In this document: one piece after another, positions 15,105-23,483 of the stretch
Position numbering within the stretch: position 1 is the stretch's first letter
How the letters are laid out: each line of letters begins with the position of its first letter
IMG/VR virus record: IMGVR_UViG_3300045988_128374
Location: 1 to 38,069 of that record
From: a virus
Direction: 5' to 3' (one strand)
Length of the DNA: 38,069 bases
Made by a program: the position numbers and the translations under genes
Notes under the pieces: generated by a model
Seen by the model: the letters and a program-made list of their open reading frames with translations, nothing else
What the model was told of the DNA's origin: nothing
Databases searched by the model: none

Positions 15105-17041
15105 ACAACATTCTCCTTTAATACCCCACTAGAATCTTCTAAATCCTCTGGAAAATATAGATACTCCCTATGTTTTGATAAATAATCATATTTACTTTCC
15201 TTTATCACTTCAACCACTTCATACTTTGAACTACTTAAAACCTCTGATTCATCAGTCCCAAATAAAGATAAATGCTGCACACCAACAGCCGTTTCATTTT
15301 TCTCGCATTCAAGTATAACAGAACTTCTCTCGTAATCGCTTATTCCGCCATATCCAATGGCAGTACCTTTGTTACTCGTCCAGCTCTCTATTATACCTCT
15401 TCTTGGTAGTTCATCACCTTTTTTCAAATCGCTAAACATTCTAACATCTGAGTTGTTCAATATCATTCCTCTGCTTATACTGCCTTCGTATGTTGGCATT
15501 CTGTCAATTCCATCTCTAATTGTTTTAGCTGTTTCAGTTTCTCCATTCAGAATTGATGTATAATCACCACCAAAATACTCTTTAAGTGCCTCTTGAAGTT
15601 CTTTTGCTTTTTCATCCGAATACCCTGTATCTGTCTTAATCTGTTCAAGTGCTTTCTTATTAAACTTATCAAGTTCATTATCTGGAACTTTACCACTATA
15701 TCCAGTATTTAACTGTTTTCTCTTTTCTTTCTGAAGTAACAGCTTATTCTTTTGTTTTTCAAATTTCTTTATTCGAATGTCTAAATCTTTTAGTTTATCA
15801 ACCAAATCATCCTCAGAAACATCTCCAAAGCCATCCTCGATAGAATCAAATTCTTTGAACCAGTCATCATAAGAATATCCTTCTGTCATGTCGCTAAATT
15901 CTTTCTTAAGAGACTCTATTTTTGTATTCGTGTTAGTGATACTATCTTTTAATTTTATTTTATCATTCTTCTGTCCATTTGCAACAACATTCTCCCATTG
16001 TTCCTTCCTTGCCGCATACACTTTCTTGTTATCCGGGTCTAGGGAATACTTAGACAGCCTGTCAAACTGCTCCGCCATTCTGCCAGCATATTGCTGTTTC
16101 TGGTCCTGTCTGTAATCTTCCTTTACCTTTTCCAGTTCTTTCTTTGTAAACTTGCCGTCTGGCTCTTCATCCAGCTCTGGAAAGTATGTTGTATGTATGT
16201 CTTTACAGTTAGGATGGTAAAGCCCTGCTGCCATAGCAGAAGACATAAGTGGATAAGGACCATCAGATGCCTTACCTCCACTCCACACATCATCTATGAG
16301 AATCTTTCCAACAAACGGAAGACATTTAGGACAGGCATTAGCACGCTTATTCATAATAACTGTACTAATTCCCCATGATTGTCTCATTTCGCCTTCTCCA
16401 GTTAGATATGCACGCTTGCTGGCTGTCTGAATAGCCATTCTGGCATAATCTTTTACTGTATGCCTGCTGCCATTCGCATATTCAATACAGTTAATACCAG
16501 CTTTAAGAAAATCTCTTGTAGCCATATCAACTGCTTTCTCATATGTTCCTGCACCCGTATTCGCATACACCTGAGCATTGAATATTATCTGCCGGTATTT
16601 ATCCTCCGACATTCTAAGCATTGCTTTTTCCGCCCTGTTAAAATCTGACTTCGTAGCTTTAATCAGGGCATTAAGCTTTCTTGTGTTAAGCTTGAAAAAA
16701 GCACCCTCAGTGCCTTGTGACACCTTGGATGCTTTTAATCCCTTTTTCAATGCTCTTAATATCTTCTGTTCCTGCTCTGTGCCGCCTGTCTGCCTTGCTG
16801 TAAATATCATTGCATCAATTGAATTGTTTATATCGCTGAATCTGCCCGCAAAACGTGTCTTGTTATCTGCTTTATATTTTTCTAAGGCTTTAAGCTGTTC
16901 TACCTGCCATTGTGTCCAGTTGAATCCAAGTTCATCTTCTTCCGCTCTGTGTCTGTCAAGATTTCGTATCATAGAAGCAATCAGCTCATCTTCTATGGCT
17001 CTAAAGGCTTTCTCTATGTCATATTCTGTATTAAGTGCCAT
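15074..17041 (-). CDS. Minor head protein (SPP1 gp7 / Mu F-like) fused to a C-terminal ADP-ribosyltransferase toxin-like domain
   Basis: The ORF lies directly after the portal gene. The gp7/MuF-type core includes YHPNCK. The C-terminal third carries an R...S-x-T-S...E-x-E triad. Confidence 0.87.
   Translation of the reverse strand: MALNTEYDIEKAFRAIEDELIASMIRNLDRHRAEEDELGFNWTQWQVEQLKALEKYKADNKTRFAGRFSDINNSIDAMIFTARQTGGTEQEQKILRALKKGLKASKVSQGTEGAFFKLNTRKLNALIKATKSDFNRAEKAMLRMSEDKYRQIIFNAQVYANTGAGTYEKAVDMATRDFLKAGINCIEYANGSRHTVKDYARMAIQTASKRAYLTGEGEMRQSWGISTVIMNKRANACPKCLPFVGKILIDDVWSGGKASDGPYPLMSSAMAAGLYHPNCKDIHTTYFPELDEEPDGKFTKKELEKVKEDYRQDQKQQYAGRMAEQFDRLSKYSLDPDNKKVYAARKEQWENVVANGQKNDKIKLKDSITNTNTKIESLKKEFSDMTEGYSYDDWFKEFDSIEDGFGDVSEDDLVDKLKDLDIRIKKFEKQKNKLLLQKEKRKQLNTGYSGKVPDNELDKFNKKALEQIKTDTGYSDEKAKELQEALKEYFGGDYTSILNGETETAKTIRDGIDRMPTYEGSISRGMILNNSDVRMFSDLKKGDELPRRGIIESWTSNKGTAIGYGGISDYERSSVILECEKNETAVGVQHLSLFGTDESEVLSSSKYEVVEVIKESKYDYLSKHREYLYFPEDLEDSSGVLKENVVCVIKVKEKV
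15077..15634 (-). other. ADP-ribosyltransferase (ADPrib_exo_Tox-like) domain, aa ~470-655 of the gp7 fusion
   Basis: The candidate catalytic residues are R524 in YEGSISRG, S553-W-T-S556, and E598-S-E600 in GTDESEVL. Their spacing is typical of C3/VIP2-type R-S-E ARTs. Confidence 0.7.
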
Positions 17042-17049
17042 AAGCTACC

Positions 17050-18576
17050 TCACTTGTTATCAAAACCTGTAAAACTGTTATCAGCACCATTAACTGTAAA
17101 GCCATCTGACTGCATATTAAGTGCTGGCTCTTTCATATCAGATATACCCTGTTCTGCCTTAAGCCTTGATATCTCTTCCTGCTTCCATTCATCATCCTTG
17201 GTATCTCCATACAGCTCATCAACAGATGCCTCTATGCTCATAATACCGCCCTGCTTAGCCTTGCTGACTGTTTCTACCTGGCTTTCAAAAGATGGGTTAG
17301 CATATTCGCCAAATGTCACATCAATATCTATATCCTTAATAGCTGTCTTATTAAGCGTGTCTATGGCATTAAATGTTGCTGTAACAAGCTTTGGAAGAAC
17401 CTTCTGAAGCCGCTCTACAATGTTATTTCTACTGTAAACCGTTGCTTTCTCTTTCTCCCTCTGTGCCTCCGCATTATCCAGCTTCTTAACATCTATGCCT
17501 AATGTTGATGGGCTCATAATCCCCTGTAAACAAAGGTCCAGCGCCGTGATATATGTTGCAAGATAACTTTCGTGTGGGATATTGCCCTGTACAAGCTCTA
17601 TCTTATTAACTGTACCTTCTGCCATGCTGCCATCTGTTGCTATATATGCATTATCAAAAGCATTAGGCTTTAGCACTTTTCCATCCAGGGGATTCCTTGG
17701 TAACATATTCTCCGGTATATATTCCTTTGTTCTATTCCTCCTTAATGCATCCATCCATTGTGACCATGCTTCATCCAGTGCATCAAAGTTATCTATCTTT
17801 GCATCAAATATGCTCTTGCCTCGTCCTTTATACTTGGCTGACTTATAAAACAGAAGAGGAACAGCCATTATAAACTTGTCATTCCAGGTAACATCACTAA
17901 GGTGTGCCAGCTCCGGTATAACACTTAAATCATATTCCCTGCCGCCTCTTGTAAGCTCATAATGTATGTAGCCTATGCCATAATGTTCAAGTAATACATA
18001 TTCCTGTCTCTGGACGTTATACACTGTCTTAAACACTATCTCCTTAACTCTTCCCCTGTCCTTGATAATCTCTGTCTTATCACCAGAGTAGAATTCCAAT
18101 ATAGGATACTTGCTAAGGTTTGTATCGAACGATATCTTGAATGCTCCATCACCGATATAAAGCGTTTCTGTTATTGCCTGCTTAACAAGCTCAATGAAAT
18201 CATTTTCCTCTGCTATCTTATCCCATTCTGTCTGCCTGCTGCCAGCATCTATTAAATTCATATCATCTGTTACTATACTGGCCAGCATATCACATAACAT
18301 AGCAGGGAGACCCACGTGTATCTTTCTTATCTCCATACCTATTGTACAGGATGCAGACCAGAACCTTGTCTTGTCACCATCTATCTGGCTGTATAGCTGT
18401 GACAATTCTTCACTCTCACCTCTGTACCATATCTTGTTCTTTATGGCATTTCCCTCGTAATCAAGAGTTTCCTGTATGCTTATGGATCCATTAACAGCCG
18501 GCTGTATGTGCAGCCACGTTCTTATTCCTGTTTTTATCTTCTCTGCCATACTTGTAAATATGTTCACCTCTCTCAC
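17050..18576 (-). CDS. Portal protein (SPP1 gp6-like)
   Basis: This ~500-aa ORF lies directly after terL. The N-terminal region (IQETLDYEGNAIKNKIWYRG...LYSQ) fits SPP1-type portals. The start is uncertain: GTG 18576, GTG 18567 or ATG 18549. Confidence 0.9.
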   Translation of the reverse strand: MREVNIFTSMAEKIKTGIRTWLHIQPAVNGSISIQETLDYEGNAIKNKIWYRGESEELSQLYSQIDGDKTRFWSASCTIGMEIRKIHVGLPAMLCDMLASIVTDDMNLIDAGSRQTEWDKIAEENDFIELVKQAITETLYIGDGAFKISFDTNLSKYPILEFYSGDKTEIIKDRGRVKEIVFKTVYNVQRQEYVLLEHYGIGYIHYELTRGGREYDLSVIPELAHLSDVTWNDKFIMAVPLLFYKSAKYKGRGKSIFDAKIDNFDALDEAWSQWMDALRRNRTKEYIPENMLPRNPLDGKVLKPNAFDNAYIATDGSMAEGTVNKIELVQGNIPHESYLATYITALDLCLQGIMSPSTLGIDVKKLDNAEAQREKEKATVYSRNNIVERLQKVLPKLVTATFNAIDTLNKTAIKDIDIDVTFGEYANPSFESQVETVSKAKQGGIMSIEASVDELYGDTKDDEWKQEEISRLKAEQGISDMKEPALNMQSDGFTVNGADNSFTGFDNK

Positions 18577-18590
18577 TCTCCTATCTGGAA

Positions 18591-19979
18591 TTATGTCTTA
18601 TTCTCTATACCTATCCTGCTTCGATAAGGAATCCAGCCATACTGTACGCTGTTTACCATATGGTCATTGCCATCCTCAGGCTCACAGTCCTTATCCTCAA
18701 GCCACGAATACGTTTCTAACTCTGTCTTGTAATTCGTGCACGTATCGACAATATAAAAGCTTGGCTCTCTACCCTTCTTATCGTTAAAGGACATCCAGCC
18801 AAGCTGTAAGTTAATTCTATCTATTATGGTTACTTTCTTATACGCATTGTTAAATATATACTGGCAGTCAATGTGTTCTCTCTTGTACTTGGCAAACTCT
18901 GTTATCGTTGCCTGATCAGCGTTATCTATAAACACATTCTTTGACATTCCACCCCATTCTTTTCTGTTACGCTCCAGGAAGTCTATGTAATTCCTTACCG
19001 TATCAGACGGAGCTATTGGTATATCAAGTTCTGCATTGTTATACACCTTTTCATCCAGCACTATCAACTTGCCCTTGTTTGTTATTCCCATAAAGGACAT
19101 AGCAATCGTATCCGGGCTCTTGGTTGAATAAGCTGTATCAAGTCCGCTGGTGAATATTATGAAATATTCGCCCTGCATTTTATCAACCTCACGTCTGATG
19201 TATGACTTTGCCTGCTCTCTGGTAATGATATGCCTATTGCAGAAATTAGAAAAGACAAGACCGGTAGCCTTGCCTCGTAATCCTAATATCTTATTCTTGT
19301 ATATCTTAGTACCCGGCGGATAACTTAATTTCTTCTGTTCTATCTTCTCAGGTGTCATAGATATGTTATCTATCATCCTGAAGAACCAATATACCCAGTT
19401 CTTAATAGGCTCACATCCTTTCAGATCTTTCCATATTTCTTCCGGCACATCTGCCTTGTACTTATCAATCGGTCTTGCGTGATTGATGTATTCTGAATAT
19501 ATGGGTAATGTAGGTGCATCTGGGTTCAGAGTACCAACAAAGTATTCAGAACGTCCGAATATCTCTCGTATGAAGTCTATGTTAGCTGTATTGCACTCAT
19601 CTACCCACACACAACCAAACTGTGAACCCAAGGCATTCTTCCACTTGCTGGCATTATCGTAACCGAGAACATATATTATCTTGGTACTGCTGCCAGTTTT
19701 GAATTTAATATGCGGAAGTTTATTTTCTTTATCACCATTACCGCAATATTCCAGATTGGGAAATATCTGAAGCAAACCCATATCTGCGTTTATGATATTC
19801 TTCTCAATAACACCTGTCGTATTACCAGCTATAACATGCAGCTTCATATCTGATTCAGCTACATTCATAATGAACTTAACAGCTACTGTTGTTGTCTTTC
19901 CGGAGGCAGTTGAACCCTCTAAGAACTCTGCTCTTGCAGGTGTGTCTATGTAATCCCAGTACTTATTACTTAGAAGCAT
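18591..19979 (-). CDS. terL: Terminase large subunit
   Basis: The Walker A motif is GSTASGKTT, and a C-terminal nuclease-type acidic motif is present. Start placed at ATG 19979, overlapping the terS end. An upstream in-frame start at 20027 is possible. Confidence 0.92.
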   Translation of the reverse strand: MLLSNKYWDYIDTPARAEFLEGSTASGKTTTVAVKFIMNVAESDMKLHVIAGNTTGVIEKNIINADMGLLQIFPNLEYCGNGDKENKLPHIKFKTGSSTKIIYVLGYDNASKWKNALGSQFGCVWVDECNTANIDFIREIFGRSEYFVGTLNPDAPTLPIYSEYINHARPIDKYKADVPEEIWKDLKGCEPIKNWVYWFFRMIDNISMTPEKIEQKKLSYPPGTKIYKNKILGLRGKATGLVFSNFCNRHIITREQAKSYIRREVDKMQGEYFIIFTSGLDTAYSTKSPDTIAMSFMGITNKGKLIVLDEKVYNNAELDIPIAPSDTVRNYIDFLERNRKEWGGMSKNVFIDNADQATITEFAKYKREHIDCQYIFNNAYKKVTIIDRINLQLGWMSFNDKKGREPSFYIVDTCTNYKTELETYSWLEDKDCEPEDGNDHMVNSVQYGWIPYRSRIGIENKT

Positions 19980-20556
19980 CTGGCTCACCCCTTGCTTTAC
20001 GCTGTGCAAGAAGCTCCTGTAATTCACTCCTGGTTGTATCGTTTACATTGGCTTCTATCTTGTCTGTGAATATACCTAAATGCTTGCCAAGAAGCTCTAA
20101 GGCCTTAACCTTGTCACAGGACTTAACTTCTAATCCATCTCTACCCTTCTTGATAACAGCAAGTGCCCTCTTCTGTTCCTCTGTAAGTTCTTCCGTAAGT
20201 ACCGGCTCTACTGTTCTATACATAACAGGTTTACCATCTTCATCCAACACATCCACAAGTGCTCCATCTACTTCTGCTTTCATCTTCTTTTCAACCACAT
20301 GTGCATAATCAGCATTATTAGAAAAAGCTATCAAGGCAAGTTCCTTGATAACTCTCTCCTGGGTTATCTCTGTACTCCTTGATAGCTCTTTTTGTCTCTT
20401 TGCTATATATTCTTCAATCTGAGGTTTTCTGAGGTTGTCTGCTCCTGTTCTATACGCTGTTTTTTCTGAATATCCTGCCCTAATAGCCGCCTGCGTGGCA
20501 TTAAGGTCTATAAGGTATTCATCACAGAACCGCTTCTGTTTTGCTGTTAATGACAT
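19966..20556 (-). CDS. terS: Terminase small subunit (Terminase_2-like)
   Basis: The N-terminus (LTAKQKRFCDEYLIDLNATQAAIRAGYSEKTA...) is typical of terS. AAAGGAG precedes ATG 20556. Confidence 0.9.
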   Translation of the reverse strand: MSLTAKQKRFCDEYLIDLNATQAAIRAGYSEKTAYRTGADNLRKPQIEEYIAKRQKELSRSTEITQERVIKELALIAFSNNADYAHVVEKKMKAEVDGALVDVLDEDGKPVMYRTVEPVLTEELTEEQKRALAVIKKGRDGLEVKSCDKVKALELLGKHLGIFTDKIEANVNDTTRSELQELLAQRKARGEPDASK

Positions 20557-20581
20557 GCAATCAGCTCCTTTCTAGCATAAT

Positions 20582-20613
20582 AAAAGCATCGACTATTTAA
20601 TGTCGATGCTTTT
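20582..20613 (-). terminator. Strong, symmetric (potentially bidirectional) hairpin terminator after the 67-aa ORF
   Basis: AAAAGCATCGAC, an 8-nt loop, then GTCGATGCTTTT. The stem is a perfect 12 bp with A and T runs on either side. Confidence 0.6.
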
Positions 20614-20653
20614 AATTTATCATAAATATATTAATTCATATCCCTATGCACAA

Positions 20654-20857
20654 TTATACTCCCATTTTTACCAAAACCATATACCCCAATAATGAAAATA
20701 CTATCGTAACTACATTTGTAATAGCATTAACGCAAATCGAATGTCCTTTTGTTTTAAACAAATTTTCAACATTACAAAATTTACATACAAACTGTATAAC
20801 AAATGTTCTCACAACTATAAATATCAAAATAAATATACTAATTCCATAAATAAACAT
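20654..20857 (-). CDS. Small two-TM membrane protein (67 aa), second gene of the AT-rich cassette
   Basis: AAGGAG lies 8 nt before ATG 20857. Two hydrophobic helices are present (ISIFILIFIVV, VVTIVFSLLGYMVLV). The ORF starts 21 nt after the 389-aa ORF. Confidence 0.55.
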   Translation of the reverse strand: MFIYGISIFILIFIVVRTFVIQFVCKFCNVENLFKTKGHSICVNAITNVVTIVFSLLGYMVLVKMGV

Positions 20858-20878
20858 CAGGCATTCTCCTTTCGTTTA

Positions 20879-22048
20879 TTAATCTTCATCATTTCCCATC
20901 AATAAATTTGCACCATACTCTTGTAATTCTTCTAAATAACTTTGAATTTCATCATCCAATATGCCACATTCTTTCATTTCCTTGTATAATCTTAATTTAT
21001 TATCATAATTTTCGATTTTCTTATTTTCCAAATCCATTTTTTGATTCTCTAAATTTATCTTTTTTTGTTCTACTTCTACTCCAACTGTTTTGATTTGTTT
21101 ATATAAATCTATTGGATTTGGAACCTTTATATTACCTATTTGTCCACCACTAATTACTATATATAGTCCTACAATGCCTGCTACCGCTTTAGACATTTTA
21201 CCTTTATTTCTATAGTTTTGCTCATCTTTCTTTGCATCATATGCCTTATCTAAATTTCTTTTCCCCGATGTAAAAGAAATTACACCTTTTGAATTCAAAT
21301 TAAGCATAATTGATAATTCATTCTCACCAACAACCCTTTTCATATAGCAATCTACGCAGCTCATTACTTTTGTTATTGAAGTTAAATCTATTGGTTTACT
21401 TGTATTTATATGCATTTGAAAAGAATAAGCTTCTCTCCAATAATATATAGGATATATCGTATCTAATATATATTTTCCATATTCATTTAAATTACAAATT
21501 CCCTGATATGATGATAATACTTTTAACAATTTAACATGTAGATTAGTATAATTGACTATCTTAATGATTTTAATTTTACGTCTTTTTTTATATGGGCATT
21601 TAACACTATATAATGGAATATTTTCCATATCTATTTTTGTTATTACATCAATTTCATCATCTTCGTTTAAATTATTCTGCTCATAATATTCGCCAACTTC
21701 AGCAAATGCTATTTTATTATCTTGCACTCCTGGAATCATAACAATATCGCCTATTTTTAAATTATATATGAATTTTTTACATTTACTAATTGCTTGACCC
21801 GGCCTTTTATCTCCATATATATTTTTTATATTTTCTTTAAGTATTTCAATCTGTTCATTTTTCATTGAATTGATTTCCATATTTAAATCTATTATATTCC
21901 ATCCCAATGCTACATAATTATTCTCTATGTATTCATTAAAAAAATAGCCTTTTTTTGTTCTTATCATCCAAAAATTTATATCTCCATTAATATATGGAAG
22001 TTCATAATTCAATATTTCTTTTATAAAATCTTCATTTATTTTCTCCAT
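20879..22048 (-). CDS. Unknown 389-aa protein: N-terminal sensor-like module, one hydrophobic segment, C-terminal coiled coil (accessory moron gene)
   Basis: GGGGG lies 5 nt before ATG 22048. The gene is very AT-rich compared with its flanks. The hydrophobic segment is at aa ~287-305 (KAVAGIVGLYIVISGGQIG). The C-terminus has the heptad-like sequence KKINLENQKMDLENKKIENYDNKL. Confidence 0.8.
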   Translation of the reverse strand: MEKINEDFIKEILNYELPYINGDINFWMIRTKKGYFFNEYIENNYVALGWNIIDLNMEINSMKNEQIEILKENIKNIYGDKRPGQAISKCKKFIYNLKIGDIVMIPGVQDNKIAFAEVGEYYEQNNLNEDDEIDVITKIDMENIPLYSVKCPYKKRRKIKIIKIVNYTNLHVKLLKVLSSYQGICNLNEYGKYILDTIYPIYYWREAYSFQMHINTSKPIDLTSITKVMSCVDCYMKRVVGENELSIMLNLNSKGVISFTSGKRNLDKAYDAKKDEQNYRNKGKMSKAVAGIVGLYIVISGGQIGNIKVPNPIDLYKQIKTVGVEVEQKKINLENQKMDLENKKIENYDNKLRLYKEMKECGILDDEIQSYLEELQEYGANLLMGNDED

Positions 22049-22099
22049 AAAAACCCCCTATAAGTTTTCTTGCGTATAATATTATACTAAATAATGACA

Positions 22100-22138
22100 A
22101 AAATCAACAAAACAAGGCACCAGCTTTCGCCGATGCCT
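22100..22138 (-). terminator. Rho-independent terminator after the late regulator gene
   Basis: The minus strand reads AGGCATCGGC-GAAA-GCTGGTGCCT followed by TGTTTTGTTGATTTTT. A TATAAT box (minus strand, 22081-22086) follows it. Confidence 0.6.
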
Positions 22139-22251
22139 CAGAGGGGGAGTTTTAATGATTGTATTGGCTGTCATCAGCCTATGGTTCAATGAATTTTTCA
22201 TCTGTTCCAGTTTAAATATTATCATATCAAAGTACGACATTTACGACAAAC

Positions 22252-22701
22252 TTATAATTTTTTCAAATATCTTTCAAGTGTCTTTTGGCAGCTATCTGCT
22301 GTATGATTTTTTCCCATTCTGTGAGCTATCTGAACCCATGTCAATTCATCAATGTACCGATATGTAAGAAGTCTTCTTATCCTGCTGTTTGGTTCCGAAT
22401 TAATAAATTCTTCTGCCACAGCTATCTGCTGCCGTATCTTCTCTTCTAGCTCCTGTAACTTAATTTTTCTCAATAGTAACTGTGATTTTTTCTCCGTATA
22501 TATTGGATAGGGGAAACCTTCAATCTTAAAATGCTGTTCCCCGCCATTTCCTCCCGAAACGCTGTCAATAACGGCTCCCTCTTTTTCTAATTTTTCAATA
22601 TACTGTTCAAGCCGTAATATAGCCTGCCGCTTGTCCTTATATTCTTCCTTTAAATCTGCTAACTGTTTTAAATACTCTTTTACATTCCCTTTTAAACTCA
22701 T
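22252..22701 (-). CDS. Late-gene transcriptional regulator, sigma-70 region-4-like (DUF1492/ArpU/RinA class)
   Basis: This is a 149-aa ORF. Its C-terminal HTH (RRLLTYRYIDELTWVQIAHRMG...SCQKTLERYLKKL) resembles region 4. It is the last early gene before the packaging module. Confidence 0.72.
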   Translation of the reverse strand: MSLKGNVKEYLKQLADLKEEYKDKRQAILRLEQYIEKLEKEGAVIDSVSGGNGGEQHFKIEGFPYPIYTEKKSQLLLRKIKLQELEEKIRQQIAVAEEFINSEPNSRIRRLLTYRYIDELTWVQIAHRMGKNHTADSCQKTLERYLKKL

Positions 22702-22769
22702 ATATCCACTTCCCTTATTGATTATATCTGTTTTTCATGCTACAATACATATGTTCGGTATATGAGTTT

Positions 22770-22809
22770 AGGAAGCCTGCGTATTCGTGTGTTACAGGCT
22801 TCCTTTTTC
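22770..22809 (+). other. 10-bp perfect hairpin with a T run on the plus strand (antisense-oriented terminator, or a 5'-UTR structure of the late regulator mRNA)
   Basis: AGGAAGCCTG, a 15-nt loop, then CAGGCTTCCT followed by TTTTCTTT on the plus strand. On the minus strand it lies between a TATAAT box and the late regulator RBS. Confidence 0.4.
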
Positions 22810-22841
22810 TTTGCTTGATTATACTTAAAAGTAATAGATTA

Positions 22842-23408
22842 TTATATATCAATTTTTAACTTTTTAGTATATTCTTCATCATATTGTTTTCTTTTGTCTA
22901 TCATACCATCTATAACCCGTTTATAATCAGAATAAAAATTTTCTTTAATAATTACGCTCTGTAATTTACTTATAAACGTATATATGCAGTATATATATAT
23001 TATTGCCAAAATTATTATCATAATATGTTGAAAAATAATAACGCCAATATTATAATATCCTATGCCAAATATATTCATTATGGAATCAAAAATTTTTTCT
23101 GTAATTAAAGTTAATAATACTACAATTATTATATCAGCTTCCTTTTTTAGTACTCCCATATTTCTCTTCTTTTGATTTAAATAGTCACTAAAATCTTTTA
23201 ATTTATCATCAGAAAATTGTTTATATTTATTGATAATATACCTTTCCCATTGTTTTTTACTTTCAAATTTGTTATCAGACTTCAATGTTTTTTTAGTTGA
23301 CTTATCCATAAATCCTCTACACAAATACGTATATATATCTCTTTCTTGTTTATCATCAAATCCATAATAATAAACTCCCAAGTTATTAAGATTTCTTTTT
23401 ATTCTCAT
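22842..23408 (-). CDS. AT-rich membrane protein (188 aa from ATG 23408), unknown function
   Basis: GGAG lies 5 nt before ATG 23408. The N-terminal half is soluble and Lys-rich, followed by 2-3 hydrophobic helices (IIIVVLLTLI, IGVIIFQHIMIIILAIIYIYCIYTFI). GC content is very low. Confidence 0.7.
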   Translation of the reverse strand: MRIKRNLNNLGVYYYGFDDKQERDIYTYLCRGFMDKSTKKTLKSDNKFESKKQWERYIINKYKQFSDDKLKDFSDYLNQKKRNMGVLKKEADIIIVVLLTLITEKIFDSIMNIFGIGYYNIGVIIFQHIMIIILAIIYIYCIYTFISKLQSVIIKENFYSDYKRVIDGMIDKRKQYDEEYTKKLKIDI

Positions 23409-23483
23409 TTTATACTCCAATCATAATGTGATAATTAAATCATATCACTCATGTCATTATAATTCAATTATACGTATATATTA

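Noticed and set aside
20646-20849. Plus-strand 67-aa ORF mirroring the minus-strand 67-aa ORF
   Set aside because: The minus-strand version has an AAGGAG RBS, follows the 389-aa gene by 21 nt and ends at the terminator. The plus-strand version has no RBS or promoter context.
22155-22367. Plus-strand 70-aa ORF in and beside the late-regulator gene
   Set aside because: It overlaps the minus-strand late regulator and the intergenic terminator. It is hydrophobic and low-complexity, and has no RBS.
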